Below are positions 22,567 to 33,121 of a stretch of 64,000 nucleotides of DNA, piece by piece (position 1 is the first letter of the stretch; the number at the start of each line of letters is the position of its first letter). The notes under the pieces are model-generated. The model was given only the letters and a program-made list of their open reading frames with translations, was not told the DNA's origin and did not search any database. Source of the stretch: an uncultured Pseudomonadota bacterium (GTDB lineage Bacteria > Oederibacteriota > Muellerivitia > Muellerivitales > Muellerivitaceae); the NCBI GenBank assembly GCA_963770835.1, contig CAVYRH010000010.1, forward strand, positions 151,266 through 215,265. The letters run 5' to 3'. The position numbers and the translations under genes are program-made.

Positions 22567-22965
22567 GGGGGGGCTTATTACCAGATAACCGAGTATGTCT
22601 TGTTGGCTTTGGCCAACTTGGAAGACCAACTTTTGATTTACCGGGCCCTGAAAGTGGTCCTAGATCAGCATTTGACTGAGCAAAAGACCAAGAAACTGGT
22701 GGATTGGGTCAAACAGGGGGGGCAACCGGATGATTTCGATCGAAAAGAAGAGGGCAACCGCCCGGAAGACCCCTATGAGACCCAATGGGCCCTATTGCGG
22801 CCGGGGATCAAGGTGAAATACAAGGGCCGGGAGACTTACCAGGTCCAAATGACGATTCAGGGGGAGCAAGAAACCTGGAATGTGGCTTCCGCAGTCGCCA
22901 ACGCTCTCAAAGGCCAGGGTAGTCCAACCACCGACCCTGTGTTGAGCCCGTCGCAGGACCCCGCC

Positions 22966-23057
22966 CCTCCAAGCCACCCTTCCACCGAAGCCTTGGCGCA
23001 GGTGGATGGCGCAGGAGGCTTATTCCCCCTATCCCCCGAAGCCGTGGCAAAGGGGGA
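22966..23057. repeat. In-frame GAA-tagged palindromic repeats (nested and tandem)
   Basis: TCCACC GAA GCCTTGGC GCA GGTGGA and TCCCCC GAA GCCGTGGC AAA GGGGGA. Confidence 0.7.
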
Positions 23058-23633
23058 GGCTGGCGGGGTTGAGGCCGTCCCGGACCTGGCCGTTCCTCCC
23101 CAAAAAGGTTTTCTTGGTGTCTTGATTTCTTGGCGGACGAACTTCGGCCGTGCCTGGGCGAAGAAGAATATCCCCGAACTTGTTAAGGCCGCCGCAAAGT
23201 CGGCCTGGCAAAATGGGAGCCTTGCTGTCCGTAATCCGGCCCAAACAGCGAAAGAGCTTTTCAACGGCCAAGACAAAACCGCCGCTCTCGTTAGCTATTG
23301 GGCAATTGGCTTGGGGTTGGTTTGGGTAGTTTTTAAGGTTCTCAGTCTTGTTTGGCACATCCTAAGGAGCTGGTTTTAAGGGGCGCCGGGGCGCTTCCGG
23401 GTTCCGGCGTTTATTTGAACATCAATTACACCAACGGTGGTTTGACGACGACCAATGATACAACGGGTAATCCCGTCGCCATGCCCGGGACTTTGGCCGG
23501 GCAAAGGAATGAACCCGAGCCCTGCATCTCCGCCGATTGGGTCCACCCTTAACCTCCCCACCCTTCCCGAAGAATTCCACTGAACTCCTCCATGAAGGAC
23601 TAAAATCAAGGAAATCAAAGAAAAGGAGTTTTC

Positions 23634-24116
23634 ATGAAAAAAGCCTCCGCCGATCGCCCCAACATCCTCTTGTATCCGCCCCTGATTCCTTTGGGGGTCC
23701 TCCTTGCCGGCGTGCTATTGGGTTACCTCCTTCCGGTTTGGGGACAGGCACCCCATTTGACCGGCGGCCTTTGGCTGGCGGCTGGAATCCTCTTGGCGGT
23801 TTTGGGGTTTGCCCTTGTTATTTCCGCCCTGGTCCTATTCCGGAAACACGGAACACCCGCCCAACCCCACAAACCCACCAAGAAGATCGTCCGGGGGGGA
23901 CCTTACCGGTTCACCCGCAACCCGATGTACTTGGGGGGGAACCTAGCCCTCCTGGGGCTGTCTTTCCTGTTCTACCTGCCTTGGGTTTGGGCTGTGTTTT
24001 TGATCGGCCTGCCGATCAACCATTGGGGCATTGTTTTGGAGGAGGAAAAATACCTGGAGAAAAAATTCGGCAAACAGTACCGGGACTACAAAAAAAGCGT
24101 CCGGCGATGGATTTGA
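23634..24116 (+). CDS. Isoprenylcysteine carboxylmethyltransferase family protein
   Basis: GPYRFTRNPMYLG, EEKYLEKKFGKQYRDYKKSVRRWI. Confidence 0.9.
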   Translation: MKKASADRPNILLYPPLIPLGVLLAGVLLGYLLPVWGQAPHLTGGLWLAAGILLAVLGFALVISALVLFRKHGTPAQPHKPTKKIVRGGPYRFTRNPMYLGGNLALLGLSFLFYLPWVWAVFLIGLPINHWGIVLEEEKYLEKKFGKQYRDYKKSVRRWI

Positions 24117-24349
24117 CTTTGGGGAAGACCGGGGCCGGTACCGATTCCTGGATAAAGTGGGATCCAATTTAGGAGAACCCCGGGGGCCCGAGGCGGCGCC
24201 CGACGAAAACCACGTCCATTGCCTGCGCGGGGGTTCTTGCGAGAGCGACGCCACCCGTTTACGCTAAGCCTTCCGAGGCGAAGCCGGCGCGGGGAGCGAC
24301 CACATCGGGTTTCGCTGCGCCAGGACTCCTTAGGCTTGCCCTTTTGTTT

Positions 24350-24793
24350 TTAGCCCTGCCCCATTTTTTGTCGGATCAGGTAATCCGCGATGCGCTTCAC
24401 GTCTTCCTTGCTAATGGCTATGATCCTCATTCCGGCGGAGTAAACGGTCCGGCCCATTTCCAGGATTTTTTCCACGTGCCGGACCTCCGCCAAAAACTTC
24501 AGGCTGACCGGGAAATTCGGCAGGTCCATGTTCACCTCGACCACGGACCCTTTCGGGAGGGGGTGCTGGCTGTGCATGGCCAAGCCGCAAATGGAGATAT
24601 CCTTGGTGACGGCCTTGTACAGGGTTGATTTTTTGGAAAGCTCTGGAAGATGTTCCGCCGTCGTGGTCCGGTAACGGTCTTGTTTCAGAAGTTTCTTGGT
24701 TTCATCCGCAGTGACGGTCATATAGTTCACCTTCAGGGTGGCCAGGACCCGTTCATGCTTTCGTTTTTCCATCCACCCGCTCTTGGCTTCCAT
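24350..24793 (-). CDS. PilZ domain protein
   Basis: RKHER (RxxxR) and DISICG (DxSxxG); GGAGG RBS. Confidence 0.8.
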   Translation of the reverse strand: MEAKSGWMEKRKHERVLATLKVNYMTVTADETKKLLKQDRYRTTTAEHLPELSKKSTLYKAVTKDISICGLAMHSQHPLPKGSVVEVNMDLPNFPVSLKFLAEVRHVEKILEMGRTVYSAGMRIIAISKEDVKRIADYLIRQKMGQG

Positions 24794-25078
24794 CGCAACC
24801 TCCCTTGTGAAAATCACCCCGCCCGAAACGGTAAGTTAAGTAAGGCATTATAAAAAAGTATGAAAATGGAATGTGAGATATTTTGGGCTATAGACGATCA
24901 ACAAATAATGGTTATTCGTCTGTCGGAAGGGCGGCCGCCAAACTTCGCAGGAAACCTTGGGAGGGACCCCCGCCGTATCAAATGGAAATACCGAACGGGA
25001 ACCAGAAAAGAAATCCGCACTTGTCTTTGAGGGAAGGCCTTGGTTATAAAAGGACAACTTTAATAATTGGAGGGAAGT

Positions 25079-25855
25079 ATGAGGAAATGGCTTGCCGCGG
25101 TTTTGCTGTTTTGCGTGTCGTTGGGTTTCGCCCAGGCGAAAGTGGTCACCCAAACCATTGATTACAAGGACGGCGACACGGTCCTCGAAGGTTACCTGGC
25201 TTACGACGATTCCATCCAGGGCAAAAGGCCGGGGATCCTGGTGGTTCACGAGTGGAACGGCCTGGGACATTACGTCCAGGGGCGGGCCGAGCAGTTGGCC
25301 CAACTGGGTTACGTGGCCTTCGCACCGGATATTTACGGAAAAGGGGTCAGGCCTGATGGCTTCGAGGCCTGCAAGGCCGAATCCTCGAAATTTTACGCCG
25401 ACCGGGCCCTCTTGCGCCGCCGGGTCAGCCTGGGATTTGACCAATTGAGGGACAACCCCCTGGTGGATCCCTCCAAGACCGCCGCCATTGGTTATTGTTT
25501 TGGGGGCGCCACGGTTTTGGAATTAGGGCGAAGCGGGGCGGATATCGCCGGAATCGTCACTTTCCACGGGGGACTGGACAATCCCACGCCGGCGGACGCC
25601 AAGAACATTAAGGCCAAGGTCCTCGTCTGCCAGGGCGGGGCGGACCAGTTCACCCTCCCGGCGCTTCCGGGTTTTAAAAAGGAAATGGACGACGCCAAGG
25701 TGGATTATAAAATCATCCTATACAAGGGCGCGGTCCATGGGTTCACGAATCCGGACAACAAGGGCACGGTTCCCGGGCTGAAATACGACGCCGACGCGGA
25801 CAAGAAATCCTGGAAAGCCATGAGGGATTTCCTCAACAAGATATTTAAATCGTAA
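25079..25855 (+). CDS. Dienelactone hydrolase family protein, secreted
   Basis: HEWNG, GYCFGG, HGFTNP; signal peptide. Confidence 0.92.
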   Translation: MRKWLAAVLLFCVSLGFAQAKVVTQTIDYKDGDTVLEGYLAYDDSIQGKRPGILVVHEWNGLGHYVQGRAEQLAQLGYVAFAPDIYGKGVRPDGFEACKAESSKFYADRALLRRRVSLGFDQLRDNPLVDPSKTAAIGYCFGGATVLELGRSGADIAGIVTFHGGLDNPTPADAKNIKAKVLVCQGGADQFTLPALPGFKKEMDDAKVDYKIILYKGAVHGFTNPDNKGTVPGLKYDADADKKSWKAMRDFLNKIFKS

Positions 25856-25934
25856 CCCAGCCAACCAGGCATCCTTCCTTCGGGACCCCCGGACATTCGT
25901 GGGACCCCAAGAGGCAAGGCCGACCCGTAGCCCT

Positions 25935-28289
25935 TTACTTTTTCGCCTGGCCGATTAAATCCTCCAACCCCTGAATTGAAGGGTTCTTCTCTGCTGTCGG
26001 GTTCAGGCCCTCGGCCGCTTCCAGGTCCCTCAAAGCCAAGTTTTTCTTTCTTTCCTGCAGATAAAGGATACCCCGGCAATAGTAGGCCTCCGCGCTGGAG
26101 GTGTTCCTTTGGATGGCCTCAGCCAGGAGGCCGAAGGCCTGGGGCTTGTCGCCCGCATGGTATTCCTCAAAAGCCTTTTGGGAGAGGACCTTGGAGGTGA
26201 AAGCGGGGTCGAGCGCGAAGGCCGTTTCTAACTGGGCCTGCGAATCTTGTGTTCTTCCCAGCTTTTGGAGCGCGTTGGACCAATTAATAATGAAAAGGGG
26301 GCTGGCGGGGTCCCAATGAACGGCTTGCCGGTAGGCTTCCTCGGCCCTGGCCGGGTAGTCGCCGCCGTAACGGCTTAACGTGTCGCAAAGGCGGCCTTCA
26401 TCGTTGTAGTAATAGGAGTTGGCCGGGCTCATTTGGAGAGCCTGCTCGTAACAGCTGAGGGCCTCCAGGTCCCAATCCTTAGCGCGGTCGGGGTCGATTT
26501 GGGCCCTTTGCTCGTAGGCCAGTCCCAGGTAGAGGACATACTTCACTTCCAGAGGACACAATTGGACCGCCCGTTTCATTTGGCCGATCTCAAAATCCGA
26601 ATATTCGGAGTAAAGCTCCGGCGAGGTTTGGGGGTTGGGGTTTTTGAGGGCTTCGGCAACGGTGCCGCCCAGGCCAAAGGCGATGTCGGCGCCCAGGCGA
26701 TTCAAGGGAAACCAGGGGATCACCAGCAAGAGCAAAATTAGCGCCGGTTTTTCAAGGAACATGAAGAAACGGGTGCCGGCGGAAGCCCCGGCCGCGGGTT
26801 GGGAGGACCGGTAGTTCCATTGCACCGCGGCCAAAAGCAAAAACCAAAGCAGGTTGATGCTGGCGACCCCAAAACTGAAGAAATTTTGAGCATGGTAGGC
26901 GAGGGCGGAGGCGAAAACGGCGGCCAAAAGCCACTTCACGGGCGCGGAGGTGGCCTGATAGGCCTTCCATCCCATGAATAGAAATGATCCCAGGACCCCC
27001 AGGTAGGCCGCGAGCCCCAGGAAGCCGGTGGTGCAGGCCATCTGCAAGAGTTCGTTGTGGGCCATGCGGGAGCTCATAAACATGCCGTCGATCTGGTTGA
27101 ACTCGATGCCGCTGTAATAGGGGAAGGCGATCTTGAAGGTATCCAGCCCCACGCCCAGGACTGGCTTGGCCTCGGCCATTTTCAGACCCGGCCTCCATAT
27201 ATGAAGGCGGGAAACGGCCAAGCTTTGGCCGACGTGGAGGGTGGAATCCCAAAGCCGGTTGAGGAACCCGCGCCCCAAGAAAAAGAACAGGGCGAAAACC
27301 GCGCAAAGGACGATCGCGCCGAAAATTTTTGGAATTTTCGAGAGCCTTTTGCGGATCGGCTCCGAATAGTCCTTGTTCCCGGCGGCGAGGAAGATCCAAA
27401 AACCGAGGCTCAAAACGGCGGCCAGGAATCCACCCCGGCTGCCGGTGCTTAAAAGGCCCAGGATGAGGATGATGACCCCCCCAAAAGCTTCCACCCAGGA
27501 GCGAATCAGCATAAATCGCAGGCCCGCCACCGAAAACATACACAATCCAGCGGCCCTCAGGATGAACTGGAATGTGCTGGAGGGTTCTAAGTGAAGAAAG
27601 GAAGCGCCCTTCGCCGTTCCGAGGACCAAGAATAAAAGACCCCAGGCGCCGAAAACATAGTAAAGGAATTCCGACATGGGGGCCGGTTTGGGTTCCCCGG
27701 AAAGACGCTTGAGGGAAACCGAAAGAAAAAGCGGAAGGGACATCGCCAGGTAAGCCGAAAGGAAATTTGGGTTGCCCAGGGCCGCGAATTCGCGGCTTGC
27801 GACGACTGATTCGGGGTTCCATTGGATGAAATCGAAACCGAAATGCTGGCCAATGGCGTAAAGTGCGGAAAGGAAAGCCGTCAGGGAGTTCAAAACAAAT
27901 AGCTTTTCCAATTTTTCGTTGTTGAGGCGGCGGCTGAAAACCCGGAACCAAAGCAGATAAACGATGAAAGTGGTTAATCCCGAGAAATTCTCATAGTCGC
28001 CTAGGAGGCTGGTGCGCCAGCTCAGGCTGGTGGTGGGTAGGGAAGCGGCGGTTTCCACTGCGAGGAGGATCAAAAGGGCGGTGCTTAAGGGGGTCGGGCA
28101 CAGGCAACCTGTTTCTTTCAGCTCCCAAAGCAGCGCCGGAACCGCCAAAAGGGCCAAAAAAACAAGTTTCGGCAGTTCGAACTGGTCGTGGCTGTGGATG
28201 AAGAACAAAAGGGGGGTGAAAAAAATGGAGAAGAGAATTAAAAGATCGAAAATTTTGGAAAAGACCCGCTTCTGGAACATTTCATTCAT
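25935..28289 (-). CDS. O-antigen ligase family protein with TPRs
   Basis: ALGNPNFLSAY, TGSRGG, PVLGVG, AHNELLQ; TPR tail. Confidence 0.85.
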   Translation of the reverse strand: MNEMFQKRVFSKIFDLLILFSIFFTPLLFFIHSHDQFELPKLVFLALLAVPALLWELKETGCLCPTPLSTALLILLAVETAASLPTTSLSWRTSLLGDYENFSGLTTFIVYLLWFRVFSRRLNNEKLEKLFVLNSLTAFLSALYAIGQHFGFDFIQWNPESVVASREFAALGNPNFLSAYLAMSLPLFLSVSLKRLSGEPKPAPMSEFLYYVFGAWGLLFLVLGTAKGASFLHLEPSSTFQFILRAAGLCMFSVAGLRFMLIRSWVEAFGGVIILILGLLSTGSRGGFLAAVLSLGFWIFLAAGNKDYSEPIRKRLSKIPKIFGAIVLCAVFALFFFLGRGFLNRLWDSTLHVGQSLAVSRLHIWRPGLKMAEAKPVLGVGLDTFKIAFPYYSGIEFNQIDGMFMSSRMAHNELLQMACTTGFLGLAAYLGVLGSFLFMGWKAYQATSAPVKWLLAAVFASALAYHAQNFFSFGVASINLLWFLLLAAVQWNYRSSQPAAGASAGTRFFMFLEKPALILLLLVIPWFPLNRLGADIAFGLGGTVAEALKNPNPQTSPELYSEYSDFEIGQMKRAVQLCPLEVKYVLYLGLAYEQRAQIDPDRAKDWDLEALSCYEQALQMSPANSYYYNDEGRLCDTLSRYGGDYPARAEEAYRQAVHWDPASPLFIINWSNALQKLGRTQDSQAQLETAFALDPAFTSKVLSQKAFEEYHAGDKPQAFGLLAEAIQRNTSSAEAYYCRGILYLQERKKNLALRDLEAAEGLNPTAEKNPSIQGLEDLIGQAKK

Positions 28290-28401
28290 CCTTCGTGATG
28301 GGAAATCATCTTAACATGATGAAGCCGTGAAATATTTTTTCAAAAACGAATCTGAAAAAATATTTTTTCGCTCCTCGAAGAGTGAGAAACCGGTTTTTTT
28401 C

Positions 28402-28429
28402 TTGACAGTGTTGGGCAAAGCTTTATACT
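28402..28429 (+). promoter_or_regulatory. Sigma70 promoter upstream of speE
   Basis: TTGACA-16bp-TATACT. Confidence 0.65.
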
Positions 28430-28563
28430 TAAAAAAATTCATAACAAAATCCAAAAAACAGGGAACAATTTTTGATTTTTAACCCTAAAGCTGTCCCCAC
28501 CCAACCCCAAAAACCCCACCGACCTGCCATTTTGTTAAAAAAATACAAACTGAGGCTTTTTTC

Positions 28564-29505
28564 ATGAACGACATCAGCCCCCATTGGCACATCGAATTTT
28601 ACGCGCCCGATGAAGCCCATATGCGCGGTATTTCGAAGATTTACGCCTCCGAGAAGACCCCCTACCAGCAAGTGGAAGTCATCCAATCCAACCATTACGG
28701 GAAATGCTTGATCCTGGATGGACATATGCAGTCGGCCCAACTGGACGAGTTCATTTACCACGAAAACCTGGTGCACCCGGCCATGGTGACCTGCCCCAAC
28801 CCCAAAAAAGTGGTGATCATCGGGGGAGGAGAGGGGGCCACCCTTTACGAGGTCCTGCGGCACAAGACCGTGGAGAAGGCCTGGATGATCGACATCGACA
28901 AGCGGGTGGTGGATTTGTGCGACCAATACTTGCCCGAGTGGCACCGGGGTGCCTTCAAGGACAAGCGGACCACCCTTTTGTTCCAGGATGGGCGAAAGTT
29001 TTTGGAGAAGAGCAAGGAAAAGTTCGACGTCATCATCATCGACATCCCCGAGCCCGTCGAAGCGGGCCCGGCTTACCTGCTTTATACCGAGGAATTCTAC
29101 AAGATGGTCTCCGGTAAGCTCTCGGAAAACGGCATGGTGGCCCTGCAATCCGGCTGTTCGGCAGAAAAGGAACTGCGGTGCCTGGCGGCTGTGCACCACA
29201 CCCTGAAGAAGGTTTTCCCGATGGTTTATTCCTGGCCCGCCAACGTGCCTTCCTTCGATATTCCCTGGAGTTTCACCATGGCCTCAAAGTCGGTGGATCC
29301 GAAGAGCCTGAAGCGCGACCAAGTGGACAAGATCCTCAAGGAAAGGGGCGTGGGCCTCTTGAAGTATTACGACGGCGAGACCCATGAGGGGATTTTCTTC
29401 GTCCCCAAGTACATCCGGGACGGTTTCAAAAGCCTCAAGGAAATCATTCGGGACGACAAACCGCTCACTTACCGTTTCATTGGAGAGGAGAAGAATTCAA
29501 AGTAA
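28564..29505 (+). CDS. speE: Polyamine aminopropyltransferase (spermidine synthase)
   Basis: KTPYQ, LDGHMQS, DEFIYHE, IIGGGEGAT, FDVIIID. Confidence 0.93.
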   Translation: MNDISPHWHIEFYAPDEAHMRGISKIYASEKTPYQQVEVIQSNHYGKCLILDGHMQSAQLDEFIYHENLVHPAMVTCPNPKKVVIIGGGEGATLYEVLRHKTVEKAWMIDIDKRVVDLCDQYLPEWHRGAFKDKRTTLLFQDGRKFLEKSKEKFDVIIIDIPEPVEAGPAYLLYTEEFYKMVSGKLSENGMVALQSGCSAEKELRCLAAVHHTLKKVFPMVYSWPANVPSFDIPWSFTMASKSVDPKSLKRDQVDKILKERGVGLLKYYDGETHEGIFFVPKYIRDGFKSLKEIIRDDKPLTYRFIGEEKNSK

Positions 29506-31028
29506 ATGTCACTTTACGACGGCCAGGATAAAACCCCCCTCTTTGACGCCATCGTCAGCTACGCCAACGAAAATAAGATCTCCTTCCATACGCCGGGCCA
29601 CAAACACGGCAAGGGAATCCTGAAGGTCTTCACGCTAATTCGTCGGGGACAAGGTGTTCCGGCTCGACCTGTCGGTGATGAGCGAGGTCGACTCCCTCCA
29701 CGAGCCCAGTTCCGTCATCAAGGAGGCCCAGGTCCTGGCCGCCAAGGCCTACGGCGCCGATTATTCCTTCTTCCTGGTCAACGGCACCACGGGCGGCAAC
29801 CAGGCCATGATCCTTTCCGCCTGCGACCCCGGCGACAAGATCATCATCCCCCGCAACGCGCACAAATCGGTCATTTCCGCCGTCATCCTGGCGGGCGCCG
29901 AGCCCGTCTATATCATGCCCAAGATCGACGAGGTCTCGGACCTGATCCTGAACCTGACCCCCGAGCAGGTGGACGAGGCCTGCCGCCAGCATCCCGACGC
30001 CAAGGCGGTGTTGGTGACCAACCCCACTTATTTCGGACTCACCGCCGACTTGGAAGCCATCGCCGAGATCGTGCACCAATACGACAAGATCTTTTTGGTG
30101 GACGAGGCCCACGGGGCACACCTGCATTTCCACCCAGGCCTTCCCAAGTAGCGCCATCGATTCGGGCGCGGATATGTGCGTGCAATCCACCCACAAGCAC
30201 CTGGCAGCCTTAAGCCAGGGCTCCATGCTGCACGTGAAGGGGGTGCGGGTGGACATCCTGCGCCTGAAGACCACCCTGCAGATGCTGCAAACCACCAGCC
30301 CCTCCTACGTTATCCTGGGGTCGCTCGACCTGTCGCGCTACCAGATGGTGCACGGCGGGGAGCAGGCGCTCGACGAAGTCATCCAAATGTGCGAGGACAC
30401 CCGGGCCAAAGTCAACAAAATCCCGGGTTTGACCTGCCTGACGCGTGAGCAAGTGCGCAAGATCCCCAGCTTAGACCTGGATCCCACCAAGCTGACGATT
30501 TCCACCAAGGGCCTGCCCTGCTCGGGTTACGACATGGCCAAGATCCTGAACGCCGAGTACGGCATCCAAACCGAAATGGCGGATTTCCAGAACGTCCTGC
30601 TGTTCGTTTCGCTGGGGAATACGGCCAAGGAACTCAAGCGCTTCGTTTCGGCCCTGGAAAAGATCGTCGTGGATTATAAGGACATGTTCATCAACCAAAA
30701 GAAGCGCAAGCGCATCGTTTTTCCCCACTTCGTGCCCCGCAAGGAAGTGAACCCCCGTGAAGCCCTGACCAAACTGACCCGTAAGATCCCCTTCAAGCGG
30801 TCCGTGGGGAAGATCTGCGCCGAGATCGTCTGCCCGTATCCCCCCGGCATCCCCGTGCTTTGCCCGGGGGAAGTGATCACCCAGGAGATCTACAGCTACC
30901 TGATGAATGTCTTGGATTCTGGGGCCCGAATCAACGGCCAGTCCGACGGCCGCCTTCAAACTATAAAGGTTTTGGAGGACGTCCCCGCCGCCTCCAGCAG
31001 CCAGAAAAAACTTTTCGCCATCGGTTGA
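29506..31028 (+). pseudogene. Orn/Lys/Arg decarboxylase (fold type I PLP) split by two +1 frameshifts
   Basis: FHTPGHK, LVNGTT, VDEAHG, QSTHK and PYPPGIP lie in three frames; removing T29636 and T30149 restores one ORF. Confidence 0.85.
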
Positions 31029-31050
31029 ATTTCCTTGGTTTGAAACTAGG

Positions 31051-31722
31051 ATGGGGCCCATGTCATCCTCGCTTGAAGCGTTGTCGAAGCTGCGCGAAAA
31101 CAAGGCCATTTTTCTGCGCGCCGTGGGTTCGGCGTCCTGGGATAAAAGCCGGGTGGAGATGGCCTTGGGCCGGCTCCTCCACGCCGCCCATCCGATCCGA
31201 AGGGGGAGCCTGGCGCCCGTTACCCCGAAAGAGGACATCGAAGTCGGGTTTTCCGTTGGGGAAGAGTTTTTCACCTTTTTCAGCGTTGTCTTGGAAGCGC
31301 GGCGCAAACCTATCCCCCTGTTGGTGCTTCAGCGCCCCTCGGTCAACGAATTGGTCAACGTCAAGCGCCGCATGTCCGAGCGGGTGGACTCGTTGGTCCC
31401 CATTTCCTTTGAAATCCGGGAGAGGGGATTCTCATCCCCGCCGAGGCACACTCTGGCCCTGAACTTGAGCGGCACGGGGTTGGCGCTCAATGCCTCGGAG
31501 CCGATTTCTCCTGGCACCTACCTTGCAATGGAAATTCACCTTCCCAACTCGACGGGAGGCCTTTCCGCGGCGGGCACCATCGTTTCCTGCGCCAAGCTCC
31601 TCCATCCCCGCGAGGAGCGCTATAAAATCCGGGTCCATTTTAATTCCATTGTTCCGCTCAACCGGCAAAGGATCGAGGAATTCGTGAAACTCAAGAAGGA
31701 AGCGCAAGAGAGGCTGGAGTAG
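31051..31722 (+). CDS. PilZ domain protein (YcgR-like architecture)
   Basis: RMSER and NLSGTG motifs in the C-terminal half. Confidence 0.75.
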   Translation: MGPMSSSLEALSKLRENKAIFLRAVGSASWDKSRVEMALGRLLHAAHPIRRGSLAPVTPKEDIEVGFSVGEEFFTFFSVVLEARRKPIPLLVLQRPSVNELVNVKRRMSERVDSLVPISFEIRERGFSSPPRHTLALNLSGTGLALNASEPISPGTYLAMEIHLPNSTGGLSAAGTIVSCAKLLHPREERYKIRVHFNSIVPLNRQRIEEFVKLKKEAQERLE

Positions 31723-31795
31723 GCCGAAGAACGTGACTGGATTTGCAGGAAGGTTTTTGATCCTGAGGCAGGACTTAAACGGAGCGGGGAACGCC

Positions 31796-32917
31796 TCAGG
31801 CCAGGGCTTTTTGGATTTCCTGGTAACTCCGAACGCAATTGCGGCCCCGGGCTTTAGCCTCGTACATGGCCTTGTCCGCGCGGTCGATCAAAGTCACGCC
31901 GCCGATGCCCTCAGCCGATTCATAGGTGTCCACGCCGATGCTTACCGACACCTGGAGGGTGCGACCCCGGACCATAATCTGGTAATTCCCGAGGGATTCC
32001 TGAACCCGTTTCGCCAGGATCATGGCGCCATCCCCCGCCGTGGCGGGCAAGATGGCCACGAATTCATCGCCGGCGTAACGCGCCACCAAGTCGGTGGTGC
32101 GGAACAGGGAAAAAAGCTTTTGGGCGATTTGCTTCAAGAATTGGTCGCCCACTGAATGGCCGAATTGGTCATTGATTTCCTTGAAATGATCCAAGTCGAT
32201 GAAAATCAGGGAGAGGGATTGGCGGTAGCGCTTGGCGCGGTTGAGCTCGTAATCGAGGATCTGGTGGAAGTAACGGCGGTTGTAAAGGCCAGTCAGGGTG
32301 TCCCGGATGGCCATTTCCTCGACCTTCGCGAAGAGCTTGGCGTTCTCAATGGTCAGGGCCGCCTGGCGGGAGAAGATGACGAGGATTTCCTGGTGCAACA
32401 AAGCCGGGGTCTTTTCGTAGATCAAGACGCCGATCAAATGGTCGCGGATTTCCAGGGCCACCATTCCGGCGTCCTTTAATTCCAACTCATTCTCAAAAAG
32501 CCGGAGTAACCGATCCTGGGCCGGGTATCCTCCGTTGGACTCCACGGGCGCCTGACAGGTTTTGAGGAGATCGGTTTCTTCCTCAACCGTCAAGAGGACG
32601 TTCATTTCCTGGATTTTCTTTTCATTGAGGCCGATACCGACGCATCCGGTCAGGCTGAAGGAGGATTCGTCCTTGATAAAGATCGAAGCCTTGGAAATTC
32701 CGGTTCCGTCCTTGAGGCCGCGGAGAATGGACTTCAGGAGAGAGTTGAGGGGTTTTGAAAATTGGAGCTCAGCGCTCGCATGATACAATGACAGCAAGCC
32801 TTGGTTGAGTGTCGCCAGCCGTTCGTTGGAAGCTGCGTTCTGGGCAATACGGAACATTTTCGCATTTTCAGATGCGGTATTTTTTTTGGAAGGCAAGGTA
32901 GGTTCCCGTAATTTCAA
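31796..32917 (-). CDS. GAF-like plus GGDEF diguanylate cyclase (AGDEF variant)
   Basis: DTLTGLYNRR, DLDHFKEIND, RTTD I-site, RYAGDEF; start uncertain. Confidence 0.9.
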   Translation of the reverse strand: MKLREPTLPSKKNTASENAKMFRIAQNAASNERLATLNQGLLSLYHASAELQFSKPLNSLLKSILRGLKDGTGISKASIFIKDESSFSLTGCVGIGLNEKKIQEMNVLLTVEEETDLLKTCQAPVESNGGYPAQDRLLRLFENELELKDAGMVALEIRDHLIGVLIYEKTPALLHQEILVIFSRQAALTIENAKLFAKVEEMAIRDTLTGLYNRRYFHQILDYELNRAKRYRQSLSLIFIDLDHFKEINDQFGHSVGDQFLKQIAQKLFSLFRTTDLVARYAGDEFVAILPATAGDGAMILAKRVQESLGNYQIMVRGRTLQVSVSIGVDTYESAEGIGGVTLIDRADKAMYEAKARGRNCVRSYQEIQKALA

Positions 32918-33121
32918 AACAGGATTCGGTGTCGAGGTGGATTGTTGGGGCTATTATTAAGCAGTGTTTTATGCGCGTATAGCCAAAAATACAGCAATTC
33001 AAGGAAACTGTTTTACCTGGAAGCGCTTTTTTCCCAGGTGAAGTAGTTTGAACAAAAAGGGAAAAAAGTTTATTTTTCCATAATCGAAAATCACTTTACC
33101 GTGAAATGAAATGAGGTTTAC

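Larger units (their letters stand above)
22022..23379 (+). pseudogene. ParB-like CTPase/HTH protein with C-terminal TM helix, split by a frameshift at the G7 run 22537-22543
   Basis: ILPNPQQPRR, IGGHRRLAGAK, HTH; one added G fuses ORFs 22022-22588 and 22600-23379 and makes them collinear with the paralog at 60277; may be a sequencing error rather than a true pseudogene. Confidence 0.8.

Noticed and set aside
23380..23552. Short ORF fragment resembling part of a secreted protein
   Set aside because: No credible start or RBS; cannot be assigned from sequence alone
24120..24345. GC-rich spacer as SRP RNA, RNase P or 6S RNA
   Set aside because: No diagnostic conserved motifs found on either strand
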